The position numbers were made by a program, and so were the translations under genes. Below, one piece after another: positions 1-9,972 of a stretch of 64,000 bases of DNA. Each line of letters starts with the position of its first letter. Position 1 is the first letter of the stretch. The stretch is from the NCBI GenBank assembly GCA_963665525.1, contig OY762280.1, forward strand, positions 2,241,451-2,305,450. Reading direction: 5' to 3'. Source of the stretch: Bacteroidales bacterium (GTDB taxonomy: Bacteria; Bacteroidota; Bacteroidia; Bacteroidales; UBA12077). The notes under the pieces are model-generated. The model searched no databases. It had not been told where the DNA came from and worked only from the letters and a program-made list of their open reading frames with translations.

Positions 1-382
1 CATCTGTATTATGAGCAATAGCCATAACACGATATTGTGTATAAGGTAATAAATCCTCATAAGTTACAGTACCACTACCTGCTTCATTATCATGTTTAAA
101 ATAATCAACTGTAACAGAACCATCGATTGATCTAAGTTCAATTTCTGCAATAGTTGGAGTATCAACAGTAGCAGGAACAACAGCTAAAGTAACACGTCCC
201 GGAACATTTATACTATAAGATACAACCATTGCAGAATCCGTATTACTGTCGATAGTTACCGACAATGTTGGTGCAGCATCCGCAGGTACACTGCTATATT
301 CTTCGAACGCTTCTTGCTCGCAACTTGCGAAAAACGCAACCAAAACGAAGAATCCTATAAATTTTAATATATTTAATTTCAT
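1..382 (-). CDS. Lipoprotein, N-terminal part only (gene runs off left edge); last visible gene of SusC/D locus 1
   Basis: Own translation of the minus strand from ATG at 382..380 gives MKLNILKFIGFFVLVAFFASCEQEAFEEYSSVPADAAPTLSV..., with a lipobox-like FFASC. The frame stays open to position 1. It is absent from the ORF track because there is no stop in the window. Confidence 0.6.
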   Translation of the reverse strand, partial: MKLNILKFIGFFVLVAFFASCEQEAFEEYSSVPADAAPTLSVTIDSNTDSAMVVSYSINVPGRVTLAVVPATVDTPTIAEIELRSIDGSVTVDYFKHDNEAGSGTVTYEDLLPYTQYRVMAIAHNTD

Positions 383-412
383 ATTATTAATTTTTATAAT
401 CTGTTTAAAATA

Positions 413-1312
413 CTACTTTTTAGTCCATACTGATGATGCCCAGTTATCAAATGAATAACCGAAGTTTACTCCACTTGTAAAAGGAATATACATTCCATCA
501 GGTATTGTAATATTACCATCTGCATCGATAGTACCTTCTATGAATTCACCATCTTCAAATTCTCCACCATCATCATATCCAACGATAGCAATTGGACCAT
601 AGTCTCCATCAGGATATGCCTGACCAGAAGCTATTTTAATAGTCATTGCATCTAAATCAATATTACAAAGTACCCAATCGGTTTCTGTATATGTTCCACC
701 ATAACCTGCATGTGCAATCCACGTATCTAATAAGAAATAGATTTGTGTTTCATCATCTGGATTTGGCTTAGTTTCGATATCAAAACTTCCATCTGTACCA
801 GTTGTATATCCTGTTACATAATTGATAGTATATGTTCCAATAACTAAACTTAATGGGTGTTCATTATCCTCAATTGTTAAAGTTGCAGTATAGTTCGCAC
901 CTAAGTCAAAGTTATTCGTTGGACTAGATAAAATAATATTTGCAGATTTATTTTTATCATAAATATCATTATCTATAGGCTCAATCCAAATAGTATCATA
1001 ACCATAATATGAATTAAATGTAAGTGTTTTTTCAGTGTTTATTAAGTTGTAATCAACACCTTCTATAGCAGGATTATCAATACCTTCTGTATCGAATTCA
1101 AAATTTACTGTTGCACCTGATCCACTCACGCCAGCAATATAAACTAAGATTCCAATTCTATCTCCATTCTCTGCTGCTAAAGCCGTTGTTCTTTCAAATG
1201 CAATGAATTTATCGCCGTCTTGTAAAAGAATCGGTTCGTTTGTGTCCTCACAAGAAGTAAACATCGATAACCCGATTAAAAGACTTGCAAAATATATTAA
1301 TACTTTTTTCAT
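413..1312 (-). CDS. Surface lipoprotein with Calx-beta-like domain (SusC/D locus 1 accessory)
   Basis: The signal plus lipobox is LSMFTSCED. The segment GATVNFEFDTEGIDNPAIEGVDYNL...TLTFNS...IWIEPIDNDIYDKNKSANIIL matches the Calx-beta pattern (G.DY, conserved DD/DN..E). The gene sits directly downstream of SusD. Confidence 0.7.
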   Translation of the reverse strand: MKKVLIYFASLLIGLSMFTSCEDTNEPILLQDGDKFIAFERTTALAAENGDRIGILVYIAGVSGSGATVNFEFDTEGIDNPAIEGVDYNLINTEKTLTFNSYYGYDTIWIEPIDNDIYDKNKSANIILSSPTNNFDLGANYTATLTIEDNEHPLSLVIGTYTINYVTGYTTGTDGSFDIETKPNPDDETQIYFLLDTWIAHAGYGGTYTETDWVLCNIDLDAMTIKIASGQAYPDGDYGPIAIVGYDDGGEFEDGEFIEGTIDADGNITIPDGMYIPFTSGVNFGYSFDNWASSVWTKK

Positions 1313-1333
1313 AATTTTAATATTTTTTTATTT

Positions 1334-2755
1334 TTAATATCCTGGGTTTTGAACCATGTTGCTATTGTTATCCATTTCGAATGCATCAATAGGCATTGCC
1401 CATCTGTAATCTGGGAATGGAATATCAATATCACCAGCTATATTTGTTTCTGCCGGGTCTCTATCTAAACCTCTTCCAGTTCTTGATAAATCCCATAATT
1501 GGTTTCCTTCGAAACAAAGTTCACGTCTTCTCTCATCGTAAATATTATTTAAAGTCACAGTAGTAGCTGCAGCTAATCCACGATTCGAACGAATTGCATT
1601 ATAATCGTTTAAAGCATTTCCTGAAGCTCCATTTAATACTGCTTCTGCACGAATTAAGTACATTTCAGCTAAACGTAACACAACAATGTTATTAACACGT
1701 AATTCTTCTTTACCAGGATATTTGTTTGGCCAAGAATAACCAGGGTAACCAGCATCAGTTTTAAATACATTTGCTCTAACATCACCTGCTTCATAAAGAG
1801 ATAATAATTGATTTGATGCACAAACATCACCATACCCACCTGGATCATAGATATAACCAATTTCGTCAAATCCACCCCATCCAGTTTGAGTTTGATTACC
1901 ATAAACTTCAAAGATAACTTCTGATGCTCCGTCAGTACTCCAGATAGTTCCGTACTCAGCAGCTGTATATAAGCTGTATTTTGAATTACTTATAAGTTTA
2001 CTTGCATATGCCGCAGCATTAGTCCAGTCTTCCATATATAGGTATACTTTTGCTAATAATGCCTGTGCAGCTTCTTTTGTTGCTAAACCAACTTTATCTG
2101 TTTCACCTCTTAATCCATTAGTACTTAATGTAGCTAACTTAGTTTCAGCTTCAAGAAGGTCTGCTACAATCTGAGTATACACTTCAGCAACAGTATTTCT
2201 TGCTGGTTCAGCTATTTCAGTAACTAAAACAACAGGAACACCTAATGAATTAGGATCATATGAATAAGGTTGTGCATACATTCTTACTAGATCAAAATAA
2301 GCTAATGCTCTTAAAAACTTAGCTTCACCGTCAAGTTGATCTAATTGAGCTTGAGTAACACCTAATTCTTCAAATCCTACTAATGCATTAATAACATTGT
2401 TTGCACGTGCTATTAAATTGTATGCATTATCGAAAAAACCAGCAGATTCAGACTGACTGTTTGCCCAGTTATATTCTGTTTGGAAACGACCTGAATTTAA
2501 TGGACTAGATTTTGCATTTCCACCTTTAAGATCAGCAATAACAGTAAAGTCTCTACCATACCAATTAACCGCATATAGTTGAGTATAGGTTGCATTTGTT
2601 GCTAACACTAAGTTATCGTATGTGCCTAAAGATAACTCGTTTGACAACTGTTCCGGTGGCAACTGTTCTAATTCGTCTTCACATGATGTAATAATCAAGG
2701 AGAACATTAGAAATATCGCCGGTAAATATTTAAATATTTTTTTCATTTTATTCAA
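1334..2755 (-). CDS. SusD/RagB-family nutrient-binding outer-membrane lipoprotein (locus 1)
   Basis: The protein is 473 aa with lipobox LIITSCED. It lies 18 bp downstream of a SusC-type gene and has helical-repeat-like composition typical of SusD. The true start may be the internal MKKIF. Confidence 0.88.
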   Translation of the reverse strand: MNKMKKIFKYLPAIFLMFSLIITSCEDELEQLPPEQLSNELSLGTYDNLVLATNATYTQLYAVNWYGRDFTVIADLKGGNAKSSPLNSGRFQTEYNWANSQSESAGFFDNAYNLIARANNVINALVGFEELGVTQAQLDQLDGEAKFLRALAYFDLVRMYAQPYSYDPNSLGVPVVLVTEIAEPARNTVAEVYTQIVADLLEAETKLATLSTNGLRGETDKVGLATKEAAQALLAKVYLYMEDWTNAAAYASKLISNSKYSLYTAAEYGTIWSTDGASEVIFEVYGNQTQTGWGGFDEIGYIYDPGGYGDVCASNQLLSLYEAGDVRANVFKTDAGYPGYSWPNKYPGKEELRVNNIVVLRLAEMYLIRAEAVLNGASGNALNDYNAIRSNRGLAAATTVTLNNIYDERRRELCFEGNQLWDLSRTGRGLDRDPAETNIAGDIDIPFPDYRWAMPIDAFEMDNNSNMVQNPGY

Positions 2756-2773
2756 TTTTTTAAATTAGAAAAT

Positions 2774-5770
2774 TTAGAATCCAAGTCTTACAGCAACTGA
2801 ATAAGTTCTAGGAATTGGATAAATTGCATATCCACCACCAGAAATTGATCTTTCAGGATCCCAATAATTTACATCATGCCAGCAATATACATTATCAACA
2901 TTAAATGTAATTCTTGCACTATTTAATTTAGCTTTTTCAACAAATTTATCAGGGATATTATAACCTAAAGAGATAGATTTAAATCTTAAGTAATCACCTT
3001 TTTCTAAATACTTAGAAGTACCCCACTGGTTTGTTCCAGTTGAATTATTAGCAATTGGAATTGAATTTGCAACAACATCACCTGGCTCTTTCCAATAGTC
3101 TAAAGAATAAACCGTTTGGTTATTTCCATAGTTGTAACCATCAGCATCAGTATATCTATGTTCCATAATGTATACATAGTGTCCTAATTTATACTCAAAG
3201 TATGCATCAAAAGTAAAGCCTTTCCATCCAAAGTGAGTATTGAAACCACCTTGATAATCAGGTTCTACCTGACCTTTAAATACACGACGAGCAGCATTAG
3301 CATTATTTGTTAGATCACCGTTATCGTCATACCATAAACCTTCACCATTAGTTGGGTTTACACCAGCCCAATCGTATACGTAGAAATCAGAATAACCACC
3401 ACCAACAACGTGACGTCTCCAGAATCCATCAGGAATAAATTCGTCATCTGTTGCTAAATCAGTTAATTCAACTTGGTTATATGCTATGTTCATACCAACA
3501 GACCAGTCAAAATCACCATCTTTAAGAACATCAATATCTAAAGCGAATTCAACCCCTTTATTCATCATTTCACCAATGTTCTTTCTTAATTCACCAAAAC
3601 CAGTTGTGTATGATAATGGTTGATCAAGTAACATTTCAGAAGTAACACGTTGGTAATATTCTAATGTTCCATTAAATCTTTTGTATAATGTAAAGTCAAG
3701 ACCAATGTTCCAAGTAGTATTTTCCTCCCAGGTTAATTCAGGATTTGCTAATTGATCAGGAGCTAAACCACCTAATCCATTATACGTTCTTGATCCATAT
3801 ACACCATATGATTCGTAATTACCAATAGCATCGTTACCGTTAACACCATAACTAGCACGTAATTTTAACATATCAATCATATCAAGTGAAGCCATGAAAC
3901 TTTCATCATGAATGTTCCAAGAACCACCAACAGACCAGAATAAACCATAACGATTATCTTTACCAAAACGAGAACTACCATCCGTTCTTATACTACCAGT
4001 AAAGAAATATCTTCCAACATAATTATAGTCAAATCGACCAAAGAAAGATTGTAGTGCCCAGGTATAATAAGCACTTCCTACATCTTTTCCTGAAGAAGCA
4101 TTTCCTAAATACTTAATATCTTTACCAATTCCTGAACCTTGAGCAGTTTGTTGTTGGAATTCATTCTTTTGGAATTCGTAACCTGCTAATACATTAAAAT
4201 AATGTTCGTCGTTGAGATTAGTTAAATAATTTAAAGTATTTGAAGAAGTAACTGTTGTATTAATCATATTTGATGTATATAAATCACCACCACCTTGTTC
4301 TCCATCAGGAGTTTCTGGGTGTCTATATGATCTACCATTACTTTCTACATAATCATAACTATTTAATGATTTAAATTTTAAACCATCAATAATTTCATAC
4401 TCAAGATATGCAGATCCTAAGAATTTATAAATTTTATCTGAACTTTCGTTAAGAGCTACATTTTGTAATGGGTTAGAATCACTATTTGAAGGTAAATCAG
4501 TATTAAAAGTACCATCTTCATTGTAAGCATTATGCCATGGTAATAAACCAGAAGCTGCCCAGAAAGGGTTTGCATAAGCTAATGATGTAGGCTGAGTTTG
4601 TTGTTCAATAGTTGATCCAGTAATCGTTGTTCCGAAAGTTAATTTATCATTCACTTGGTGGTCCATATTAGATCTTAAGGTGATACGCTCTAAACCAGTA
4701 CCAATTTTAATACCTTCTTGATCGAAATAACTTAACGAACTGTACATTTTTGTTTTTTCGTTACCACCTGAAACAGAAAGTTCATATTCTGAAGTTTCAC
4801 CAGTTTGGTATACTAAATCCCACCAGTTAGTTTGTTCACCATCTAATAAACTCATTGGATAGTAATGTTGAGGATCTGAAGGATCATCAGGATCTAAACC
4901 TGCGTTATATGTAGCATCTCTATGATGTGTTAATATTTCTTCAGGATTCATGAAACGGAAATCGTTATCATTTGTCTTTGTAGACCATCCATGTTTAGCA
5001 GTGAAATTAAATTTAGTTTCACCAGCTTTACCTCTTTTTGTAGTAATTAAGATTACACCATTCGCTGCTCTTGAACCATAAATAGAAGCTGCACTCGCAT
5101 CTTTAAGTACAGTCATTGATTCAATATCATTAGGGTTTAATGTAGATAAGATATCATTACCTTCTTCAGGATCTGAACCACCCCCAGCGTAAACATAACT
5201 TTCATTTTGAATAGGAACTCCATCAATAACGTATAATGGTTCCATTCCAGCATTAATAGAACTAAAACCACGAATACGAATCTGAGTAGATCCACCAGGC
5301 TGACCACTGGTTGCATTAATCTGCACCCCTGCCATTTTACCTTTTAACATTTTTGCTGGACTATCAGCTGCATCGGTCTGTAAATCTTCACTAGTTACAG
5401 TTGTAACAGCTCCTGTTTTTGCTTCTTTTCTTTGTGTACCGTAAGCAACAACAATAACTTCGTCCATTTCCATAACTTCATCTTCCAGAACAACGTCTAT
5501 TAAAGTTCTTCCATTTATGGCAATTTGTTGATTAACCATACCAATAAATGAATAAACTAAATCTGTTGCTTCAGATGGAACTGTAATAGTATACTTTCCA
5601 TCTATATCTGTAGTTGTACCAATTGTCTCCATACCACTGACAACAACTGATACCCCAGGGATTGGTAATCCATCACTTGCAGCGGTTACCGTACCCGAGA
5701 TTTGCATCTGTGCTGCAGCTTGAAATCCAACAAACAGCAAGAATGCAAGAAAGATTGTTAATTTTTTCAT
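2774..5770 (-). CDS. SusC/RagA-type TonB-dependent transporter (locus 1)
   Basis: The protein is 998 aa. After the signal peptide comes a carboxypeptidase-regulatory-like domain (ISGTVT..GLPIPGVSVVV..GTTTDIDGKYTI). The plug follows (VVAYGTQRK; IRIRGFSSIN...PLYVIDGVP) and then a long beta-barrel ending ...SVAVRLGF. Confidence 0.95.
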   Translation of the reverse strand: MKKLTIFLAFLLFVGFQAAAQMQISGTVTAASDGLPIPGVSVVVSGMETIGTTTDIDGKYTITVPSEATDLVYSFIGMVNQQIAINGRTLIDVVLEDEVMEMDEVIVVAYGTQRKEAKTGAVTTVTSEDLQTDAADSPAKMLKGKMAGVQINATSGQPGGSTQIRIRGFSSINAGMEPLYVIDGVPIQNESYVYAGGGSDPEEGNDILSTLNPNDIESMTVLKDASAASIYGSRAANGVILITTKRGKAGETKFNFTAKHGWSTKTNDNDFRFMNPEEILTHHRDATYNAGLDPDDPSDPQHYYPMSLLDGEQTNWWDLVYQTGETSEYELSVSGGNEKTKMYSSLSYFDQEGIKIGTGLERITLRSNMDHQVNDKLTFGTTITGSTIEQQTQPTSLAYANPFWAASGLLPWHNAYNEDGTFNTDLPSNSDSNPLQNVALNESSDKIYKFLGSAYLEYEIIDGLKFKSLNSYDYVESNGRSYRHPETPDGEQGGGDLYTSNMINTTVTSSNTLNYLTNLNDEHYFNVLAGYEFQKNEFQQQTAQGSGIGKDIKYLGNASSGKDVGSAYYTWALQSFFGRFDYNYVGRYFFTGSIRTDGSSRFGKDNRYGLFWSVGGSWNIHDESFMASLDMIDMLKLRASYGVNGNDAIGNYESYGVYGSRTYNGLGGLAPDQLANPELTWEENTTWNIGLDFTLYKRFNGTLEYYQRVTSEMLLDQPLSYTTGFGELRKNIGEMMNKGVEFALDIDVLKDGDFDWSVGMNIAYNQVELTDLATDDEFIPDGFWRRHVVGGGYSDFYVYDWAGVNPTNGEGLWYDDNGDLTNNANAARRVFKGQVEPDYQGGFNTHFGWKGFTFDAYFEYKLGHYVYIMEHRYTDADGYNYGNNQTVYSLDYWKEPGDVVANSIPIANNSTGTNQWGTSKYLEKGDYLRFKSISLGYNIPDKFVEKAKLNSARITFNVDNVYCWHDVNYWDPERSISGGGYAIYPIPRTYSVAVRLGF

Positions 5771-5800
5771 AGATTAAAATTTTAGGTTCATAAATAGTTA
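5771..5800 (-). promoter_or_regulatory. Conserved 5' leader of susC paralogue 1 (29/30 nt identical to 13129..13158); contains a 5-codon uORF MNLKF* at 5774..5791
   Basis: By direct comparison, agattaaaattttaggttcataaatagtta matches agataaaaattttaggttcataaatagtta. Weaker similarity continues about 60 nt further upstream. Confidence 0.5.
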
Positions 5801-6045
5801 TTAAAAAATATTCATTCGGCTAAAATAAAAAAAAAAATGATAAAAACTACAAGAACGTTAATAAAAACAGCATATATTAACGTACGAACGCCTTTTGTAT
5901 TTATTCATAATCAAAAAATCTTGTTATCGAGAAACGGAAATGAATATTATTGATATTCGAAAAATAAATTATTTTATTTTAACAGTAGTTTTTATATTAC
6001 TAGTATGTAAATATTTAAAAAATTGTTTGTGAATAATTATACTAA

Positions 6046-6081
6046 CAAAAAAAAGCTGTCTACAATAGACAGCTTTTTTTA
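6046..6081 (-). terminator. Rho-independent terminator closing SusC/D locus 2
   Basis: A perfect 9-bp stem AGCTGTCTA (6054..6062) / TAGACAGCT (6066..6074) has a 3-nt loop and A/T runs on both sides. It lies 20 bp after the stop of the 6101..7474 gene. Confidence 0.75.
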
Positions 6082-6100
6082 TTTAATTAAAGATCGATTC

Positions 6101-7474
6101 TTATCTTCTAACTGGTTTGTTAGTAACTTTTGCACCAGTTCCATTTTTAACAGATTTCGCACCTGGATCAAGAGTAATAGTTTCAACCCATGGTTCTCCC
6201 ATATATCCACCAACACTCCATCCGTCTTGTACAAAGTCGAATGTAATTACCATTTCTGCATAATCACCGCAAGTATTAACAACACCTGTTCCTACGATAT
6301 TATAATCGTATGGTTCGCCTTCCCAATCAGTAGTAATGTAATACTGATCTGGAATTACAATCTTACCAGTTTCATCCCAAACAAACTCAATGTCTACTGG
6401 ATTACCAGTAGTAATGGTTTCTCCCCAATAATCTTCCATCCATCCAAAACCTAATCCATAAATCTGTAAAGTAGAACCAGAAAGTGATGTTACAGCTTGT
6501 GTAGCATATTCATAGTTATCTTCTCCATACCAAGTACCTTCTAAAGTAGCTGGGTCAGCTGACCATGCATAACCAAAAGCATCATCATCAAATGTATAGG
6601 TAGTTCCACTCTTAGTTAAGTTTGCTAAATAAGTTCTATAAGAAGAACAAGGAGTTTCGTTCGTTGTAATTGCTTCAAACTCTAAGATATCATTATTTAT
6701 AACACCAGGTTGATAAAAATCTAGAGTAGCATCAACAGTAACTATGTCTTGGTAATCACCAGCATCTATTGTTGAATATACATCAACAGCGATTAAATAA
6801 TCACCATCAGGTAAATATGAACCATCATCAGCAGTATCTGTTAATGCATGGAAACTCTCAAACGAACTTCCATCAAAAACTTGCCATATAGATGAGTCAG
6901 CAGCATTTAAAATTAACATTCTTAAGTCAATTACTTCATCTGCATCTAAATCTAATCCTATTGCATCAGCAACATCAGTAGACCATGCCATCTCAATAGA
7001 AAAATCAGCATTTGTAAAATTCTCTATTGTGAAATCTACAGTAACAGGTGTAATACTAGCATTTGTAGTTCTCTCATCACCAATTTGTAATGTTAATGTT
7101 TCTGTGCCTTCAATTAACTCATCGGTAAGCACTTGAATTTGAAGCTGACCTGTTGTTGTATTAGCAGGTATATAAACTCTACTATTTGAATTTACAATAG
7201 AATAGTCAGTTCCAGCAGAAGCATTACCATCTATTTGAGTTACATATAAAGCAATATCAGAAATCTGAGCTTCAGAAAGAGTAACATCAAAAGAATAAAT
7301 TGTTTCTGCAGATTCGTTTAAGGTATATCCACCTCCAGCAATACCACTAACTGTTATGGTTGGGCTTGTTGCTGTTAAATCTGAATAGCCAGTGTAATCA
7401 TCATCGTCGCATGAGTAAACGAAGAATACCATAGCTAACAATGCGATTAAATTATATTTAATTATTTTTTTCAT
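6101..7474 (-). CDS. Surface lipoprotein with Calx-beta-like domain (SusC/D locus 2 accessory)
   Basis: The lipobox is VYSCDDDD. The segment SAGTDYSIVNSNSRVYIPANTTTGQLQIQVLTDELIEGTETLTLQIGD is Calx-beta-like. The protein is 457 aa. Confidence 0.7.
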   Translation of the reverse strand: MKKIIKYNLIALLAMVFFVYSCDDDDYTGYSDLTATSPTITVSGIAGGGYTLNESAETIYSFDVTLSEAQISDIALYVTQIDGNASAGTDYSIVNSNSRVYIPANTTTGQLQIQVLTDELIEGTETLTLQIGDERTTNASITPVTVDFTIENFTNADFSIEMAWSTDVADAIGLDLDADEVIDLRMLILNAADSSIWQVFDGSSFESFHALTDTADDGSYLPDGDYLIAVDVYSTIDAGDYQDIVTVDATLDFYQPGVINNDILEFEAITTNETPCSSYRTYLANLTKSGTTYTFDDDAFGYAWSADPATLEGTWYGEDNYEYATQAVTSLSGSTLQIYGLGFGWMEDYWGETITTGNPVDIEFVWDETGKIVIPDQYYITTDWEGEPYDYNIVGTGVVNTCGDYAEMVITFDFVQDGWSVGGYMGEPWVETITLDPGAKSVKNGTGAKVTNKPVRR

Positions 7475-7509
7475 ATTTTACTTTTTTAAAGTTAAAGGTT
7501 AGTTTTCTA

Positions 7510-8502
7510 TTAAGGAATTTTTTCCATTACCTGGTAAAATACTCTAGGTCCTGAACCACCGGTATAATATCCAAATGTCATGTAAAGTCTATCCTTACCA
7601 TCTACATCGTCATTCACAACATAGTTACTTGATGTACCACAAGGAAGACTTACTGCAGCAAAATCACCAGCATTAGACTCACATGTAATTAATGGTTCAT
7701 CATTTAATATCTGATCTGCCCCATCCCATTTCTCAGGATAAGTAATTACACCAGCACCATCAATCTGGAAGAAAAGTTCATTATCTAACCATGCACACAT
7801 ACCAACCATTCTGTAAGTAATTGCATCTATTGACTCGAACTGATAAGTTTCAAACCAATAATCACCGGCACTTGATAATTCTCCAAGTCTGTAATATAAT
7901 CCTTCTACAAACTTATATGTACCTGCATATCTGGTAGATACTGTCATTAAAACAGGGAATTGCTGTTGAACTACTCGTCCATCACTTAATACCGCTTCAA
8001 CTCTTAAAATAAATTTATCTCCAATTCTTAAATTACCATCAGACACAGGAATCTGGTTATTAACAATTGTAGGATCAAATTCACTAACAATAGTTAGACC
8101 ATCTCTTAAATCAGCATATGACCAATCCGTGGTAGAAACAGCATGACTTTTTGTTGTTTCTGTAATGTTAATAGTATACTCAAGAATTTCATCTGAAGTA
8201 ACAACTGGAATAGAGTCAGCTCTTGTATGACTTTCATCATCAGGATTACTCCATGCTACAGCAACCTTTTCAAATGATTTGTAAATATTAATCGTATTTA
8301 CTTTCACACTACCTTCCTGGTGAACAAAAAGATCGAATGTATATGTTCCTGTACTACCAACAACATAATTGATTGCAGTAGAGCTTATATCTACAAGTCC
8401 ACCCTCTAAAGCATCTTCTGTAGTCAAATCTTCTTCTGCATCACATTGAATGAAGAAGATTGCAACAAGTGCCAGAAAGCTTATATATAATAATTTTTTC
8501 AT
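7510..8502 (-). CDS. Lipoprotein of unknown function (SusC/D locus 2 accessory)
   Basis: The protein is 330 aa with signal plus Cys (FFIQCDAEED). It sits directly downstream of the SusD-like gene. I recognise no family. Confidence 0.65.
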   Translation of the reverse strand: MKKLLYISFLALVAIFFIQCDAEEDLTTEDALEGGLVDISSTAINYVVGSTGTYTFDLFVHQEGSVKVNTINIYKSFEKVAVAWSNPDDESHTRADSIPVVTSDEILEYTINITETTKSHAVSTTDWSYADLRDGLTIVSEFDPTIVNNQIPVSDGNLRIGDKFILRVEAVLSDGRVVQQQFPVLMTVSTRYAGTYKFVEGLYYRLGELSSAGDYWFETYQFESIDAITYRMVGMCAWLDNELFFQIDGAGVITYPEKWDGADQILNDEPLITCESNAGDFAAVSLPCGTSSNYVVNDDVDGKDRLYMTFGYYTGGSGPRVFYQVMEKIP

Positions 8503-8530
8503 AATTTATAAAATTTTTAATTTTTAAATA

Positions 8531-9958
8531 TTATTGCATCCACCATATATCTGTAGTCAATAAATCTGGACCTTGCGCAGCAACTGCAGCATCATAATTT
8601 GCTGCATTTACAGATGTTTCGATTGGAGGATAGTTATATCTAGAAGGAATAGCATCAACAACTGCATCAATTGGTAATGTTAAAACTGGATAACCAGTTC
8701 TTCTCCATTCTGTCCATGATTCGATTCCTTGATCAAACATGGCAATCCAATTTTGCTCTGCTATTTGCTGTAAAGCATTTACAGAAGTATATGCAACACC
8801 ACTCTCAAGTATGTATGAAGCATATGATTCTTCAATGTCGTTAAATTCAAATGCAGCACGAATACCTTCATTATAATAAGTTTCGGCATTTCCTGAAATG
8901 TAACCCTTAACAACTGCTTCTGCCATTAAGAAATTTAATTCAGAATATGACATAAATGTTCCAGGTAAATTAGGATTTAAATAGAATTCTCCTATTCCAG
9001 ATACATTATCATAGTTCCAGTCATCATTTGGAACACCATTAATTCCTGATGGTTTACCTCTAATTTCACCTTCGCTATTTTCAGCTGCATATATTGGCAG
9101 ACGAGGATCATTTAAAGTTTCCATTTTTTCTACAAGAACCTGATTTACTTTATATTCTAATCTTGTTCTAAATATTACAGTTTCATAAATTGGGTTTGCA
9201 TTAGGATTTGCATCTAAATAAACAAGATTTGCATTATCAGCATTTGATTCAAATATTTCTCTATTTGAAACGATATCTTGTAAGTCAGCTGCAACATTCT
9301 GAACACCTGATATTCTCATTAAACAACGGAATTTTAATGAGTTTGCAAATTTTAACCAACCTTCTGCACTTCCACCATAAACTACATCAGCAGCAGCTGG
9401 AATATCACCAGTACCTGTTGATAATAAAAGGTTTGCAGTGTCAAGCATGTTTAAAATACCTGCATAAACAACATCTTGAGCATCATATGCTGGTTGGAAA
9501 TTACTAGCATCAATAGCTTCTGTAAATGGAATCATACCAAAAACATCTGTTAATACAGAATAGCCATAAGCTTGAAGAACTATCGCAGCTCCTCTTGTGT
9601 AATCATTTCCTTCTTCTATTGCAAGATTTTCCATTGATTTTGCATCTGCAATAACATCTTCATATAATCCTTGCCAAACAGTACCTTCAATAACACTGTT
9701 TCGCACCTGGAAACGAGCTTCTTCTTCGTAGTTTACCTTGGCCATTTGCTGAGCCCAGCAAGAACCCATGTCCATTCCTACAAACGAACTATACATAATA
9801 TTTCCTGCATTCCTTGCAATATCAACTATAAGTAGCTCTGAAGGAATAGTTAAAGCATCATTAGGATTGCTATTTACATCTTCAAATCCACTATCGCAAG
9901 CGGTAAAGAATATCAAGCCTAATAGTACTGCTGTTATTAATATTTTTATCTTTTTCAT
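8531..9958 (-). CDS. SusD-like outer-membrane lipoprotein (locus 2)
   Basis: The protein is 475 aa with lipobox IFFTACDSG. It lies 14 bp downstream of a SusC-type gene. The C-terminal WTEWRRTGYP motif is typical of SusD-like proteins. Confidence 0.85.
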   Translation of the reverse strand: MKKIKILITAVLLGLIFFTACDSGFEDVNSNPNDALTIPSELLIVDIARNAGNIMYSSFVGMDMGSCWAQQMAKVNYEEEARFQVRNSVIEGTVWQGLYEDVIADAKSMENLAIEEGNDYTRGAAIVLQAYGYSVLTDVFGMIPFTEAIDASNFQPAYDAQDVVYAGILNMLDTANLLLSTGTGDIPAAADVVYGGSAEGWLKFANSLKFRCLMRISGVQNVAADLQDIVSNREIFESNADNANLVYLDANPNANPIYETVIFRTRLEYKVNQVLVEKMETLNDPRLPIYAAENSEGEIRGKPSGINGVPNDDWNYDNVSGIGEFYLNPNLPGTFMSYSELNFLMAEAVVKGYISGNAETYYNEGIRAAFEFNDIEESYASYILESGVAYTSVNALQQIAEQNWIAMFDQGIESWTEWRRTGYPVLTLPIDAVVDAIPSRYNYPPIETSVNAANYDAAVAAQGPDLLTTDIWWMQ

Positions 9959-9972
9959 ATTCTTAAATCGTT

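Noticed and set aside
6023-6454. 143-aa plus-strand track ORF
   Set aside because: It lies antisense to the well-supported lipoprotein gene 6101..7474, has low-complexity N/S/F-rich composition and starts inside the terminator. It is treated as a shadow ORF. The same reasoning applies to other antisense track ORFs, including 1669..1911, 9208..9507, 9768..9983, 11697..11933, 12365..12553, 12962..13159, 13519..13818, 13990..14277, 16816..17130, 17227..17421, 20521..20760, 20981..21355, 24215..24406, 26071..26274, 26783..27004, 43434..43658 and 47732..47932.
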